Source: an uncultured Chromatiaceae bacterium (GTDB lineage Bacteria; Pseudomonadota; Gammaproteobacteria; Steroidobacterales; GCA-2729495). Taken from it: a stretch of 64,000 bases of DNA. Positions 63,947 to 64,000 of this stretch are shown here, piece by piece. Numbering within the stretch: position 1 is the stretch's first letter; the number at the start of each line of letters is the position of its first letter. Under the pieces are notes generated by a model that worked only from the letters and a program-made list of their open reading frames with translations, did not search any database and was not told where the DNA came from. The DNA lies in NCBI GenBank assembly GCA_964403135.1, contig CAYOFE010000001.1, forward strand, positions 1,647 through 65,646, written 5' to 3'. A program made the position numbers and the translations under genes.

Positions 63947-64000
63947 GCAAGGGCTCCGTGGCCGATGATCCACGGCAGAATAGCACGCGCGTGCTAGCAT

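Noticed and set aside
62255-63997. 580-aa plus-strand ORF across the UbiD and cytochrome c genes
   Set aside because: Antisense shadow ORF. The same applies to 55895-58138 and 60586-61809 opposite the two nirS genes, and to 27579-28961 opposite the IorB-like gene.

Overview
High-GC chromosomal segment (G+C judged by eye, not computed) with gammaproteobacterial, Pseudomonas-like core synteny. Gene order along the window: (1) rlpA-dacC-(dat)-ybeD-lipB; (2) a repeat-filled gap where lipA would be expected; (3) murU back-to-back with lptD-surA-pdxA-rsmA-(class II amidotransferase)-apaG-apaH; (4) thyA-lgt; (5) a PhoP/PhoQ-type operon whose divergent promoter carries two recognisable PhoP boxes; (6) a small AT-richer islet with an HNH-endonuclease pseudogene and an orphan Phd-type antitoxin; (7) a run of exported hydrolases and oxidoreductases. 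Two accessory-looking blocks stand out. Block A (about 39.3-52.4 kb) has a light / photo-oxidative-stress theme. It holds DUF4397-TspO-like-SDR, lipocalin and fasciclin genes, followed by one tightly coupled operon and then folE, DUF4242 and photolyase. The operon encodes an ECF sigma factor, an RskA-type anti-sigma factor, a stand-alone CarH-type B12-binding module with no DNA-binding domain, and a MacAB-like exporter. I consider this operon the best candidate for an undescribed system, namely a B12/light-gated ECF sigma module, but that is inference from motifs and gene order only. Block B (52.4-64 kb) is a denitrification cluster with two different nirS genes, one carrying an extra N-terminal cytochrome c domain. 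It also has nirT, a NirB-like dihaem cytochrome, a cupredoxin in the nirM position, an exported chelatase-fold protein, a decayed M13 peptidase, and a UbiD-family decarboxylase plus cytochrome c. I recognised no rRNA, tRNA, CRISPR array, integrase, transposase or prophage genes. Many long ORFs in the track are antisense artefacts of the high GC content. The ORF track renders GTG/TTG starts as M, so several starts were re-placed by eye and remain uncertain.
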